Source of the DNA: an uncultured virus (IMG/VR IMGVR_UViG_3300044644_002613)
Taxonomy: Duplodnaviria > Heunggongvirae > Uroviricota > Caudoviricetes
IMG/VR virus record: IMGVR_UViG_3300044644_002613
Direction: 5' to 3' (one strand)
Length of the DNA: 54,028 nucleotides
The notes under the pieces are model-generated. The model was not told the DNA's origin and searched no databases. It saw only the letters and a program-made list of their open reading frames with translations. The position numbers and the translations under genes are program-made. This document shows positions 8,808 to 19,202 of the stretch, piece after piece. Positions within the stretch are counted from its first letter, which is position 1. Every line of letters starts with the position of its first letter.

Positions 8808-10164
8808 TTATCTTGGTCGTTGAAATATTCTCTACCATGGGAGCAAAAATTGTATTCTTGGCAAATTCACGACCAATTACATTAGAATTTTGATACTCCA
8901 TACCTTTAACCAAAAAATCAGGTTTTATTTTCTTTATAATTTCGTATGGAGTGTCTTCATCGAAATGTAAAACATAATCAACACATTGCAAATTGGCCAG
9001 CAATAACATTCTATCTTCTAGTTTATTGATTGGTCTGTTTGGCTTCAATTTAGAAACAGATTCGTCTGCATTTACAGCAACCAATAACTTATCTCCAAAA
9101 CTTTTAGCATAATTCAAGTTACTTATGTGGCCTGAGTGAAGAATATCAAAACATCCATTTGTCATACACAATTTAAAATTTCTATTTTCAAAAAATTCTG
9201 GTGTGACATACTTCGATTCAACTTTATTTAAAATTGAATTTATTTTATTGAAATCCAATGGCTTATTATGTTTTTCCTTTACATAAATAGAACCCATTTT
9301 AAAGGAAAATTTTGAAGCGTCTTTTAATGATATTCCATTTCCCAAACACAATCCGCAAAATGCTATAAAACAATCACCAGCACCAATAACACTATTTGGA
9401 GCATCCAAAATTTCTTCACACTTGTAATCAAAATAATCACCATCATATCCATACAATCCATCACCACCATTTGTTATGATTACATTTTTAGCATTGGTTA
9501 TATTTATAATTTTTTCAATTTGCTTGTTGCGATCTGATTGCCCTGTAATATTCTTTGCTTCTATTGAATTGGGCTTTATAAGACTACAACCAAGCCATTT
9601 ATAAATATCTGTTTTTGGATCAACAATTTTAATTTGACATTTATGATTTTTAGCTAAATTTGAAACTATGTTGTTATAAAAAACACCCTTATCATAATCG
9701 GAAAATATAATAACATCAAATTCTTGTTCCATAATACGATCAAACAAATCACAACAATATTTAGTTATTTCGCTCTCAGACAAACCACAATTAGACTTTT
9801 CCACATCCCATCTATATGTTGGAAATTCATTGCTATAAAATCTTTTTTTTCTTGAAATATTATTTGGAATATCAATAGAAAGAGAGGTGTCCAACCCATG
9901 TTTGCTTAAAATTGATTTTGCATTTGCATCAAGAAAAGAACAAAGAAATGTATTCTTATTGAAGTTTTTTAACTGGAATGCGACATTTGCTGCTCCGCCT
10001 GGGAAAACATTTGTCGGATCTTCATTATCAGAATGCATTACTGGTATGGGGAATTCTGGCGATATTTTTCTAACACTAACATCAAAGTATTCATCCAACA
10101 TAGAATCACCTATGACAGCGATTCGTATGTTACTATTTTTTATTTTCTCTAAAATATCTTTCAT
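8788..10164 (-). CDS. hldE: Bifunctional heptose-7-phosphate kinase / heptose-1-phosphate adenylyltransferase (HldE/RfaE)
   Basis: PfkB domain GDSMLDEY, ISPE.P.PV, PGGAANVA, SDYDKG, VDPK, KPN, GAGD; C-terminal TNGCFDILHSGH, FDEDTP, PDFLVKG, STT. Confidence 0.92.
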   Translation of the reverse strand: MKDILEKIKNSNIRIAVIGDSMLDEYFDVSVRKISPEFPIPVMHSDNEDPTNVFPGGAANVAFQLKNFNKNTFLCSFLDANAKSILSKHGLDTSLSIDIPNNISRKKRFYSNEFPTYRWDVEKSNCGLSESEITKYCCDLFDRIMEQEFDVIIFSDYDKGVFYNNIVSNLAKNHKCQIKIVDPKTDIYKWLGCSLIKPNSIEAKNITGQSDRNKQIEKIINITNAKNVIITNGGDGLYGYDGDYFDYKCEEILDAPNSVIGAGDCFIAFCGLCLGNGISLKDASKFSFKMGSIYVKEKHNKPLDFNKINSILNKVESKYVTPEFFENRNFKLCMTNGCFDILHSGHISNLNYAKSFGDKLLVAVNADESVSKLKPNRPINKLEDRMLLLANLQCVDYVLHFDEDTPYEIIKKIKPDFLVKGMEYQNSNVIGREFAKNTIFAPMVENISTTKIINRINI

Positions 10165-10214
10165 TTTTTGAACCCAAATAATTGTTTATGTAATTATTTG
10201 AGTTTACAAACAAA

Positions 10215-11087
10215 TTATTCAATACTTAATCCAAGACTTTGCATCTTTTGCACCCATTCTTCCTGTTCTCTTTTATTTTCAGAATCAATTTTTAAAACCT
10301 TAGTTCCTTGCAAAGATTTTGACAAAGCTTCAACTTCCAACCTTGTAAGCCTCATAGCTCCACGATGTTCATGATAGTCCTCCCATGCTTCAATAGCCCA
10401 AGGAACAATAGGCTTTATAAGTTCTAACATGGCATCTGCGAATACTCTAATCTCCCATTGAGCATGAGGATCGCAACGCAAGGCCAAAAAGTGCAAAAGA
10501 TTATGCAAATCTACTTTCCAATACCACTCTGTATAAAAATTAACTGGTAGAAGCATCCTTGCTTGTTCTCTAGCCACACCTTTTTGAATTGCTTTTTCAT
10601 ATTCATCGTATGATTGATTGCAGATAGAATCTATCTTTTCAATAAAGTTAGAAGCATCAACTTCATTTATTGATTCGCCACTTCCTTGTTTATTTACTGA
10701 TGATTGTTGCCTCACATTTTCAATTTCTGGCTTATAAAATTCATCCTTCATCATTGAATATCTTCCACTGTATTCGTTAATTTTAGCGGTCCTATGCCTC
10801 ACCATTTGTCTGGCTACGAATATGGGCATTTGCATATTGAATTTTATTTCAATCATCTCGAATGGGGTTGTGTGCTTGTGACGAAGCAGATAACGAATCA
10901 ATCCTCTATCTTCATTAATGGTTTTAGTTCCATCTCCATAAGAAACTCTAGCAGCTTGAACTATTGCGTAATCTGCGGTCTTCCTATCATCTGGAACAAG
11001 TCTTGGCATAACATCAACAATCGTCACATGACCCTTGTCCAAGCATTTGATTGTTTTTTCAGAAACATTTGTCAAAACATCATGCAT
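10215..11087 (-). CDS. thyX: FAD-dependent thymidylate synthase
   Basis: AARVSY, H.TPFE, PIFVARQMVRHRTA.INEYSGRY, AREQAR.LLP, LR...HAQWEIR. Confidence 0.97.
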   Translation of the reverse strand: MHDVLTNVSEKTIKCLDKGHVTIVDVMPRLVPDDRKTADYAIVQAARVSYGDGTKTINEDRGLIRYLLRHKHTTPFEMIEIKFNMQMPIFVARQMVRHRTAKINEYSGRYSMMKDEFYKPEIENVRQQSSVNKQGSGESINEVDASNFIEKIDSICNQSYDEYEKAIQKGVAREQARMLLPVNFYTEWYWKVDLHNLLHFLALRCDPHAQWEIRVFADAMLELIKPIVPWAIEAWEDYHEHRGAMRLTRLEVEALSKSLQGTKVLKIDSENKREQEEWVQKMQSLGLSIE

Positions 11088-11200
11088 GATATTTTCCTTT
11101 TAAAAATCAATAATTAACATTTCAAATTATAGCAAAAATCAATCCAATTAAACAATAGATATAATCGACAACAAACAAAGTAAATAATAACAAGGCAATT

Positions 11201-11680
11201 ATGTACAAAATATTAGTAATGCAAAAACCAGCAGCAAGAGACAGAATTGGAATAATCAGAAAATGGCTTGAAGAAAATACAAACGGAATAATTGCAGAAA
11301 AAGATGTTTTAATAGATGATCGAATCATAAGAGAACATTATAAAGAACATGCAGATAAAGACTTTTATCCGACAATGATACAATATTATGTCGGAAAAAC
11401 AGTAAAAGTGTGGATAGTAGAAGTGGAAAATATAGCAGATTTAAAAGCAGCAATTGGACATCCAAAAGCAAAAGATGGATTTCGCAAAGAATTAATGGGA
11501 GATAGAATAAAAGAAGTAATAGAAAAATTTGGAGTAATGGACAATGGAATTCATGCTTCTGATTCTGAAGAAAGTGGGAAAAGGGAAATTAGCTTGTGGT
11601 TTGGAAATTCTTATTTGTCTCCATCGTCTTCAAATGAACTTCCACATTTTAAAGAATGGCTTAAAAATAGATGTTCCTAA
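11201..11680 (+). CDS. ndk: Nucleoside diphosphate kinase-like protein
   Basis: QKP, EHYKEHADKDFY, NGIHASDS (catalytic His), REISLWF. Confidence 0.85.
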   Translation: MYKILVMQKPAARDRIGIIRKWLEENTNGIIAEKDVLIDDRIIREHYKEHADKDFYPTMIQYYVGKTVKVWIVEVENIADLKAAIGHPKAKDGFRKELMGDRIKEVIEKFGVMDNGIHASDSEESGKREISLWFGNSYLSPSSSNELPHFKEWLKNRCS

Positions 11681-11735
11681 TATTAAAAGTAACCAATATC
11701 TCCCATCACAACATCTGGCAAATTAGGAAACATTT

Positions 11736-11942
11736 TTAAAATTTTATTTTTTTTTTATTCTTCTTTTTTTCAAGATCATCTACAGTCAATAGGGTTGGAG
11801 GTGTTCTAGTTACCATTCCCATGCCTAAAGGTCTTGCAAATTTCGCAACATCAGCAGTAGATGTCATGCCACCAGAACCACCTGCTGGAGCAGCAGCAGT
11901 TGCTACCTCATTTTGAAACCAATTTTTAAAGTTTAATTTCAT
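11736..11942 (-). CDS. Small hypothetical protein, possible head-internal protein
   Basis: MKLNFKNWFQNE; TSTADVAKFARPL; ATGA overlap. Confidence 0.6.
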   Translation of the reverse strand: MKLNFKNWFQNEVATAAAPAGGSGGMTSTADVAKFARPLGMGMVTRTPPTLLTVDDLEKKKNKKKIKF

Positions 11943-12424
11943 GCCATTCCACCCATTCCACCCATTGCACTCATATCATCGCCACCTGCTGGTGCCGCTG
12001 GTGGAGTCCATCCGGTTGTTAAAAATTTGATTAAATCGTTTTTTGATAAGTAATACATATTTTGATCTGGTGAATCTTTTTTGAGTATTCCATCCTTCAA
12101 ATAACTTCTATTTCCGCCCTTTGTTGGCTTAATTCTTATAGCTGCACCTTTTTCGGTAATTGAATCTGGTACTATTTCCCAAGCAGACATTTTATAAGCA
12201 ACTTCTTTATTTGGGCTTCCTAAAACAAAATGTGATGATATCCAAGGTTCACTAGAAAATATACTTTTTAAAGATTTCCAATCAATTCCAAATTCATCTT
12301 CGAGCGTATCAAAGTAATTACTACCCGCTGGGTCTTCTGATGCAATATCAGTCTCAGACCTCTTTTCTAAAGTTTGATCTATTTCTTCGAAAAATCTTTT
12401 AAAGTTATTGAATAAATAATTCAT
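11939..12424 (-). CDS. Hypothetical protein with Gly/Met-rich tail
   Basis: 161-aa ORF; FNNFKRFFEE N-terminus; GGMGGMA C-terminus. Confidence 0.65.
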   Translation of the reverse strand: MNYLFNNFKRFFEEIDQTLEKRSETDIASEDPAGSNYFDTLEDEFGIDWKSLKSIFSSEPWISSHFVLGSPNKEVAYKMSAWEIVPDSITEKGAAIRIKPTKGGNRSYLKDGILKKDSPDQNMYYLSKNDLIKFLTTGWTPPAAPAGGDDMSAMGGMGGMA

Positions 12425-12444
12425 ACATTATATAGGAAACAAAA

Positions 12445-12816
12445 ATGAAAAACTTCTCAGAAACATATAAGGAAATACAATTAGCTTGGGATAAGTACCT
12501 TGCTCTAGAAGGCAAAGTTAAAGAATTAATCGATGATCACGATTTAATGCTTTTCTTTAAGCACAAAGGAGATGTTTACGGAACCAACGAAGATGGAAGG
12601 CTATCTTATGCCACCATGCTTGACAAAGAAGAAAGCAAAAAGCTAAAAGATGATCTTCGTATCATGGCAATAAATCTCACACAAGCAGCAAACGAAGAAC
12701 CAAGAGAATATATCTTTTCTAATGAAAATATTAAAAATATTAGAAAAAATATAGTCAGTCGTGAAGATGCAGAAAAAGAAATAAAAGAAAAAATGAAAAA
12801 TAAAAATGAATTTTAA
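12445..12816 (+). CDS. Hypothetical protein
   Basis: 123-aa ORF with AGGA upstream. Confidence 0.65.
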   Translation: MKNFSETYKEIQLAWDKYLALEGKVKELIDDHDLMLFFKHKGDVYGTNEDGRLSYATMLDKEESKKLKDDLRIMAINLTQAANEEPREYIFSNENIKNIRKNIVSREDAEKEIKEKMKNKNEF

Positions 12817-12852
12817 ATTTCATAAAAACGAATTTTTTTACTCGCTTGCGTA

Positions 12853-13731
12853 TTAACTTGCTATATCAGGAATATCAGTAAGATTAGAAAACTTTTCCAA
12901 TAAGTCTGGATAAATGGCTAGTGCTTGATTCTTAGCTGTATTCACTACTGGTTCTGGGTGTGTTTTAGAAAAGAAATTGATTACTTGTTTTGGGTTTTTA
13001 CCAATTTCATAAAACGCAATTAAATAATTATAAATTTTATCTTCCACATATAATCTATATGTAACTGGTTTGCTTCTCAAGAATCTATGTACCCAACCAA
13101 GTGCTGAATGACAATATACTTTACCGCCATTGTTTCTTACTTTTTCATGGATATAACCTTCTTCTCCAGCAAACCCCATAAAGTTGTCACTAAACCTTGG
13201 AAAAAATTCTTTTTTCATTAAAAACATAGCCGTTCCATGCATTGGAATTTCAAAAACTTCAGGTATTGGCGATTCAGTTTGCCATATACCAAAAAAATCA
13301 CCCCGCCATTTTGGCTCCATATGTGTTGCTATACATGATTTATTTTCATTCAAAAGAGGGCCACACCACATGTCTTTTTTAATTGAATCTTCGTCTATTC
13401 CTTTTAAAATATAATCTATTGCACCATTTTGAAGCATAACATGACTATCCAACAACAACACATAATCACCATCTGCGTGTTCAAACACAGAGTTCTTAGC
13501 ATGTGCTGGTCCTTTGTTTTTTGGACAATGAATATATTTAGAATGAGATAAATTAGCTAAATTTTTAAGACCTTCTATTTCCTTGGGAGTATCGTCACAT
13601 ATTAATATTTGAACATCTTTACAGACTTCTTCTCTTCCTAAATGATAAAGCCTTAACGCAGAAGAAGTCCAAAAACTTCCCTCAAGATCATCGTGACAAG
13701 CCCATCCAATGGTCAACTTAATTTTAGACAT
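12853..13731 (-). CDS. Glycosyltransferase family 2
   Basis: ILICDD, NKGPAHAKN, VLLLDSH, GFAGEEGYIHEKVR..GG, W.HRF. Confidence 0.85.
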   Translation of the reverse strand: MSKIKLTIGWACHDDLEGSFWTSSALRLYHLGREEVCKDVQILICDDTPKEIEGLKNLANLSHSKYIHCPKNKGPAHAKNSVFEHADGDYVLLLDSHVMLQNGAIDYILKGIDEDSIKKDMWCGPLLNENKSCIATHMEPKWRGDFFGIWQTESPIPEVFEIPMHGTAMFLMKKEFFPRFSDNFMGFAGEEGYIHEKVRNNGGKVYCHSALGWVHRFLRSKPVTYRLYVEDKIYNYLIAFYEIGKNPKQVINFFSKTHPEPVVNTAKNQALAIYPDLLEKFSNLTDIPDIAS

Positions 13732-13803
13732 AATTTTATTTATCTGTTAGTCAAACTTTATTGAAAATATAATAGAATGATATTATTTTTTCTATATTAA
13801 CTT

Positions 13804-14685
13804 GTGGAAAAAATAGCACTAATAAGACCGGGAGCCATCGGTGATATAATGATGGCTCTAAATTTTGTTCAAGAATTAAAAAGAAAAAAAGAAGTCACTT
13901 TTTTCTGTAGTTCTGGTATTCATTCGATTTTGCATAATTTCATAGCAAACAATAAAATCGTAAGTTTTCGATCATTAGAACAATACAAACAAGAAGACTT
14001 CGACAAAACCATTCATCTTATTGGATATCCATTAAACGAAGGATATCCATATAAAAAAATGAATCGACATTTGCTTGAATACTTTGCAAGCGAAATGGAA
14101 ACTAACTTTTCATTTGATCAATTTACATTGACCCTGCCAAAGTTTCCAAAAAAAATAAAGAACAGAAATACTCCTAGATATATAACTTTTCAAAATAAGA
14201 CTGGTTGGTCTACTTACAAAGAATGGTGGGGATGGCAAGAACTCATAAATCTTATAAAAGAAAAAAATCCAAATATCGAAATATATCAAATAGGTGGAAA
14301 AAATGATCCACAAATAGAAAATACAGATGGTAGCTTTTGTGGAGATTCCTTCGAAGACAATATAGCAGCACAAGCATGGGCAAATACCCACATTGGATTA
14401 GATTCAGTCTTTAATCATACAACCAATATAAATTGGCTCAACAAGGGAAAAACAAAAGGCATTATACTTTTTGGTTCCACACAAGCAGATGCAAGTGGAT
14501 ATCCACACAATGACAACATATCATTAGGATTATCTTGCCAACCATGTTTCAAAGAAGATCCAAAAATCAGCAGAGTTCCATTGGGATTATGTGACAATCC
14601 TCCAAATCAAACTTACGAAAATCCACAACATGCTTGCATGAAAGGCATAACACCAGAAATGGTTTTTGAGAAAATTAAATTATGA
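13804..14685 (+). CDS. GT9 (ADP-heptose transferase-like) glycosyltransferase
   Basis: LIRPGAIGDI, KEW, YQIGG, IGLDSVFNH, ILFGST, Cys motif CQPC...C...HACM. Confidence 0.85.
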   Translation: MEKIALIRPGAIGDIMMALNFVQELKRKKEVTFFCSSGIHSILHNFIANNKIVSFRSLEQYKQEDFDKTIHLIGYPLNEGYPYKKMNRHLLEYFASEMETNFSFDQFTLTLPKFPKKIKNRNTPRYITFQNKTGWSTYKEWWGWQELINLIKEKNPNIEIYQIGGKNDPQIENTDGSFCGDSFEDNIAAQAWANTHIGLDSVFNHTTNINWLNKGKTKGIILFGSTQADASGYPHNDNISLGLSCQPCFKEDPKISRVPLGLCDNPPNQTYENPQHACMKGITPEMVFEKIKL

Positions 14686-15308
14686 ATAAAACACTCTCGG
14701 ATATTTATAAAAACTTTGATTACGAAAATAATAAAATAAAATCCATAGAAGAAATTGAAGTGACAAACTACAAAGGAATTCAATGTGGCCAAGCAAATGG
14801 CTTTCATCATTTGTTAAATATACTTTTTTTAAAACAATCATTTAAAAATGTAATCGAATTGGGAACCCAAAAAGGTGGTACTAGTTTATTTTTAAAAGAT
14901 TTAATGAGTTTATATGGAGGAAACAACTTTGTAACATTCGATAGAAATAAATGTGATTTAGATGTAAACCAAGTGGTAGGAAATATCTTAAAAGATCAAG
15001 AAATAATTAATTTGATAAAAACTAATATTCAAAAAGAAGGCAAGACGCTGCTTTTTTGTGATGGTGGAGATAAAAAATGTGAATTCAACACTTTTTCTCC
15101 TTTTTTGAAAGATGGAGATTTTATCATGTTGCATGATTATGCACATGATAAAGAATTTTTCAATAAAGAAATAAATGGAAAATTTTGGTTTTGGCACGAA
15201 GTTGAATTTTCTGATATTAAAGAATCGGTCGAAAAATATAACTTGATATCTTACAACACGGCACAAATGTCGACCTTTGTTTATGGTTGTTTTTTTAAAA
15301 AAGGTTAA
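14682..15308 (+). CDS. Class I SAM-dependent methyltransferase (CmcI-like)
   Basis: VIELGTQKGG, FCDGG, LKDGDFIMLHD. Confidence 0.7.
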   Translation: MNKTLSDIYKNFDYENNKIKSIEEIEVTNYKGIQCGQANGFHHLLNILFLKQSFKNVIELGTQKGGTSLFLKDLMSLYGGNNFVTFDRNKCDLDVNQVVGNILKDQEIINLIKTNIQKEGKTLLFCDGGDKKCEFNTFSPFLKDGDFIMLHDYAHDKEFFNKEINGKFWFWHEVEFSDIKESVEKYNLISYNTAQMSTFVYGCFFKKG

Positions 15309-15324
15309 AACAAATAAAAATTAA

Positions 15325-18300
15325 ATGAGAATATTACTTACGAGATATGGCGGAATTGGAGATCTAATATACATAGAACCTGTTATTAGAGCCATTAAAG
15401 AAAAATATAATCCGACAGAAATAATTTTCAGAACTCACAAAGATTATAATTGCGGTGAAGTTACAGTTCAGCCAAAAGAAGTATTAAAAGAAAACCCTTT
15501 TATTTCTGCAATTGTTTTTGACGACAAATATTATGGATTAGGCATTGAAACATATGGATTGTGTGTCGAGAATTTAGTTCCAAAAAACTTGGAAAAATGG
15601 GGTTCAGTAAATCCTTATTTTGATATGCACATTAATTTTCAAACAGAAATTGAAAAAAATATAGACAACCCAGATTTACATGCAATTGATGTGTTTGCAA
15701 ACGCAGCAAATGTAAAAGTTAAAGACAGAATACCAAAAATTTATTATGATCAAAAAATAGTTCCAAAATACGAACTTGTTGTGCAACTTAAAAGTGCAGA
15801 AGAAGATCGTGATTTAAGTAAAAACAATGATCTTATAGAAATGATTTCGAAAAGCAATTTGACAAAAATTTTTCTAGGAGAGCAAAGTTTAAACTATCAT
15901 GAATTTGTTAGCATTATTGCTAACTGCGAAATATTCGTAGGAACAGAAAGCTGTGGTACTTTAATAGCCACCGGACTGAATAAAAAAGTAATTACTATTT
16001 TTAAAAATAAAATAAGAATTAAAAATCGTTCTTACGAAAATGCGATGAATATAACTCAAGATGAAATTGTTAAGTTCAAATCAGAAATTCTAAATTACAT
16101 AACAAAGGATGAAAAAATGAATGAAACTTCTAAATGTCTAGAATCAAGAAAAAAATCAGGTTATTTTGATTTGTACCTTAAAGGAAAAGGAATAGACATT
16201 GGCTGTGGTAAAGACAAATTAATTGTCGAACAAGGATCTGTTGACGCTTGGGATTTAAGCAATGGCGATGCAATGTTAATGGAATGCATTGCAAATGAAA
16301 CTTATGATTTTGTTTATTCTTCACATTGCTTAGAACATTTAAAAGATGTGGAAATAAGTCTTTTCAATTGGTCTAGAATACTTAAAAAAGATGGATATCT
16401 TTACTTCGTAGTTCCAGAATATGTTCTTTACGAAAGAATGACATTTCCATCTCTTTTCAATAAAGATCACAAACAAACATTTTCATATTACATTACAAAA
16501 GAACAAGTAAAAAGAAACAACCATTACCATTACACAGATATAATTAAAATAATCGAAAATCTAAACATGGAAGTGGAAATTTCAAAACTCGAAGACGACA
16601 ACTACGATTACAGCAAAGGAACTGCTGGCGATCAAACATTTTTAGATAATGCATTATCGCAGATTTTATTTGTTGCAAAGAAAAAAGAAAAAACTCCTGT
16701 AAGCCAAATGGGAGCAGATGATTGGGTTTTAAGTCACTACAAAAAAGGATATTTTGTCGATGCTGGATGTTGCGATGGTGAAGATATAAGTAATACTTAC
16801 AAACTTGAAAAATTAGGATGGAATGGTTTATGCATAGATGTGATTCCAAAAAACTTTGATAGAAGACCAAAATCTAAAGTCATTGAAGCTGCATTACATG
16901 GAATAAAAGATTTGGAACTTGAATTTACGATATCAAAATCACCAGAAATAAGTGGCATAACTGATTATCTTGGGAAACAAGGAACGGCAGCTTATACTGG
17001 ATGGAAACCATATGTAGACAAAACCATTAAAGTAAAGACGCAATTACTTCATGAAATATTAGATGCCAATAACGCACCTAATTTTATCGAATACTTAAAC
17101 ATAGACATTGAGGGAGTGGAACTAGAGGTCTTAAAAACCTTTCCATTTGAAAAATATAAATTTGGATGCATTTCTTTAGAACACAATTATGATGAGCCAA
17201 AACGAACACACATTAAAAATTTACTAAAAAATAAAGGTTACAATTACATAAAACAAGAAAAAGCAGACGATTGGTTTGTATTAGACGAAAACAATACAAA
17301 AGTAAAAACAATTGGTTTGTGCATGATTGTTAAAAACGAATCAAAAATTATAGAAAGATGCTTGGATAGCGTCAAACCAATAATAGACTATGTTTGCATT
17401 GTAGATACTGGATCGACAGATGATACAATCGAAACTATCAATTCTTGGCTCGTTAAAAACAACATATCTGGAGAAGTTATATCAGAACCTTGGAAAAATT
17501 TCGCACACAATAGAAGTTTTGCCTTAGCCAAACTTCGTGAAAGAAAAAATATTGATTACGCACTGATGATTGATGCCGATGAAGTTTTAAGATACGAAGA
17601 TGGAATCGATATCGCTAAAGAAAAACAGAATATGAGCCATGATCTTTATCATGTAAATTGTAAATTTGGAAACATAGAGTACGCAAGAACATCTATAACA
17701 AAAAATAATATGCCCTATTATTACAAAGGTGTAGTTCATGAATTTCTTGAATGCCACGATCCAATTAAAACCAGAGATTTTTTAAAAGGAGTTCACAATG
17801 TGCCATTACAAGATTCTGCAAGGAATGAAAGTAATCAAAAATTTCAAAATGATATCAAACTTCTAGAAGATGAACTTAAAATAGAAGCCGATAAATTTAT
17901 GATTTCAAGATATACATTTTATCTTGCCCAATCATATAGAGATTGCGAAGAAAAAGAAAAAGCAATTTATTGGTACAACGAAAGATCAAAACAAGGATTT
18001 TGGAATCAAGAAGTTTATATTTCATTGTATCAAGTCGCCAAACTTAAAGAACAACTTGAATATCCCGGAGACGACATAGTTCAAAGCTACATGAGAGCAT
18101 ATGAAGTATGTCCAGAAAGAATTGAAGCATTACATGGTGCGATCAACTACTGTAGAAGAAATGGCAGAAATCACCAAGCATTCATGATGGCTACATACGC
18201 AAGATCAATCCCTGTAAATAAAACAGGTCTATTTTCAGAAAACTGGATATGGAACTATGGCATTGATGACGAATACAGCATCATATCTTATTGGACTGGT

Positions 18301-18414
18301 CATATAAAAGAAGGAATTGCTGTAACTGAAAATCTTTTAAATAAAATTCCAGAGTCTCAAAAACCAAGAGTGTTGAAAAACATGGAATATCTTAAAGGAA
18401 AATTGACAAACTAA
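15325..18414 (+). CDS. Multidomain fusion: GT9-like + class I methyltransferase + FkbM-like methyltransferase + GT2 + TPR
   Basis: RYGGIGDL; GIDIGCG...YSSHCLEH; YFVDAGCCDG..SNT...IDIEG; GLCMIVKNE...DTGSTD...DADE; FYLAQSYRD TPR-like helices. Confidence 0.85.
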   Translation: MRILLTRYGGIGDLIYIEPVIRAIKEKYNPTEIIFRTHKDYNCGEVTVQPKEVLKENPFISAIVFDDKYYGLGIETYGLCVENLVPKNLEKWGSVNPYFDMHINFQTEIEKNIDNPDLHAIDVFANAANVKVKDRIPKIYYDQKIVPKYELVVQLKSAEEDRDLSKNNDLIEMISKSNLTKIFLGEQSLNYHEFVSIIANCEIFVGTESCGTLIATGLNKKVITIFKNKIRIKNRSYENAMNITQDEIVKFKSEILNYITKDEKMNETSKCLESRKKSGYFDLYLKGKGIDIGCGKDKLIVEQGSVDAWDLSNGDAMLMECIANETYDFVYSSHCLEHLKDVEISLFNWSRILKKDGYLYFVVPEYVLYERMTFPSLFNKDHKQTFSYYITKEQVKRNNHYHYTDIIKIIENLNMEVEISKLEDDNYDYSKGTAGDQTFLDNALSQILFVAKKKEKTPVSQMGADDWVLSHYKKGYFVDAGCCDGEDISNTYKLEKLGWNGLCIDVIPKNFDRRPKSKVIEAALHGIKDLELEFTISKSPEISGITDYLGKQGTAAYTGWKPYVDKTIKVKTQLLHEILDANNAPNFIEYLNIDIEGVELEVLKTFPFEKYKFGCISLEHNYDEPKRTHIKNLLKNKGYNYIKQEKADDWFVLDENNTKVKTIGLCMIVKNESKIIERCLDSVKPIIDYVCIVDTGSTDDTIETINSWLVKNNISGEVISEPWKNFAHNRSFALAKLRERKNIDYALMIDADEVLRYEDGIDIAKEKQNMSHDLYHVNCKFGNIEYARTSITKNNMPYYYKGVVHEFLECHDPIKTRDFLKGVHNVPLQDSARNESNQKFQNDIKLLEDELKIEADKFMISRYTFYLAQSYRDCEEKEKAIYWYNERSKQGFWNQEVYISLYQVAKLKEQLEYPGDDIVQSYMRAYEVCPERIEALHGAINYCRRNGRNHQAFMMATYARSIPVNKTGLFSENWIWNYGIDDEYSIISYWTGHIKEGIAVTENLLNKIPESQKPRVLKNMEYLKGKLTN

Positions 18415-19202
18415 ACAATGTTGAAATTGTCATAATGTCTAGACAAGTACTCTCCCAAAATTTCTTTAGGATCTGTACTTGTCTTTTCTAATTTGCTTCT
18501 AATTGCATGAAGATTATCTAAACCCCATGCCTTATCTTTAGTCTCTGCACAAACATTATCAATTTTATTGAAGTCGTAATTTTTATATTCATCTAAACCA
18601 ATAAATTCATATATCTTTTTCATTGTTTCGATTGGGCTTTTTACCAAATCATCATATTTAACTAAATGCAAACATTCTGGATGATTTTTTATTCCATGAA
18701 TAGTGCTTTGATATGGATCAGAAATATATTCTTCCCATAATACCTTTGCTCTGTTTTCTGTGCTAATGTGTAGTCTTTTACTTCTTAATGTGTTATCAAC
18801 AAAATTATCTTCTTGCTTGTTGTTTATGATCAATTTTATATACGATGTTATGACTTCACTAATTGGTCTAACAGTACAAATTATCTTTGGGCTAGAACTT
18901 ACAAACATTTTTGCTGGGATTATGTTTCTTGGCCAACCTCTGTGCTTATCAAATACTATGTCCGTTTTAAATTGATTGTAATAGGAATCAATTATAGCTC
19001 CATAAACACCATTAGATACGCTTTCTGCATCAAAAGTGTAGTTAGAGTTTAATTTAGAAAATGCTTCGTTATTTAAGCATAATAAGTCCAGCAAAGGACT
19101 TGTTGGTGTAACTGTTATTTTTGAATTTTGACCTAAAATAGAACCAAGTAGAGTTGAACCACTTCTTGGTAATCCACTAAGGAAAAATATAGATTTTTTC
19201 AT
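18411..19202 (-). CDS. Sulfotransferase
   Basis: FLSGLPRSGSTLL PAPS-binding loop, DKHRGW, VRP...ITS, YDDLV..P. Confidence 0.85.
   Translation of the reverse strand: MKKSIFFLSGLPRSGSTLLGSILGQNSKITVTPTSPLLDLLCLNNEAFSKLNSNYTFDAESVSNGVYGAIIDSYYNQFKTDIVFDKHRGWPRNIIPAKMFVSSSPKIICTVRPISEVITSYIKLIINNKQEDNFVDNTLRSKRLHISTENRAKVLWEEYISDPYQSTIHGIKNHPECLHLVKYDDLVKSPIETMKKIYEFIGLDEYKNYDFNKIDNVCAETKDKAWGLDNLHAIRSKLEKTSTDPKEILGEYLSRHYDNFNIV

Noticed and set aside
11122..11328. Hydrophobic minus-strand ORF
   Set aside because: Overlaps ndk antisense; the hydrophobicity follows from A-rich sequence on the other strand.
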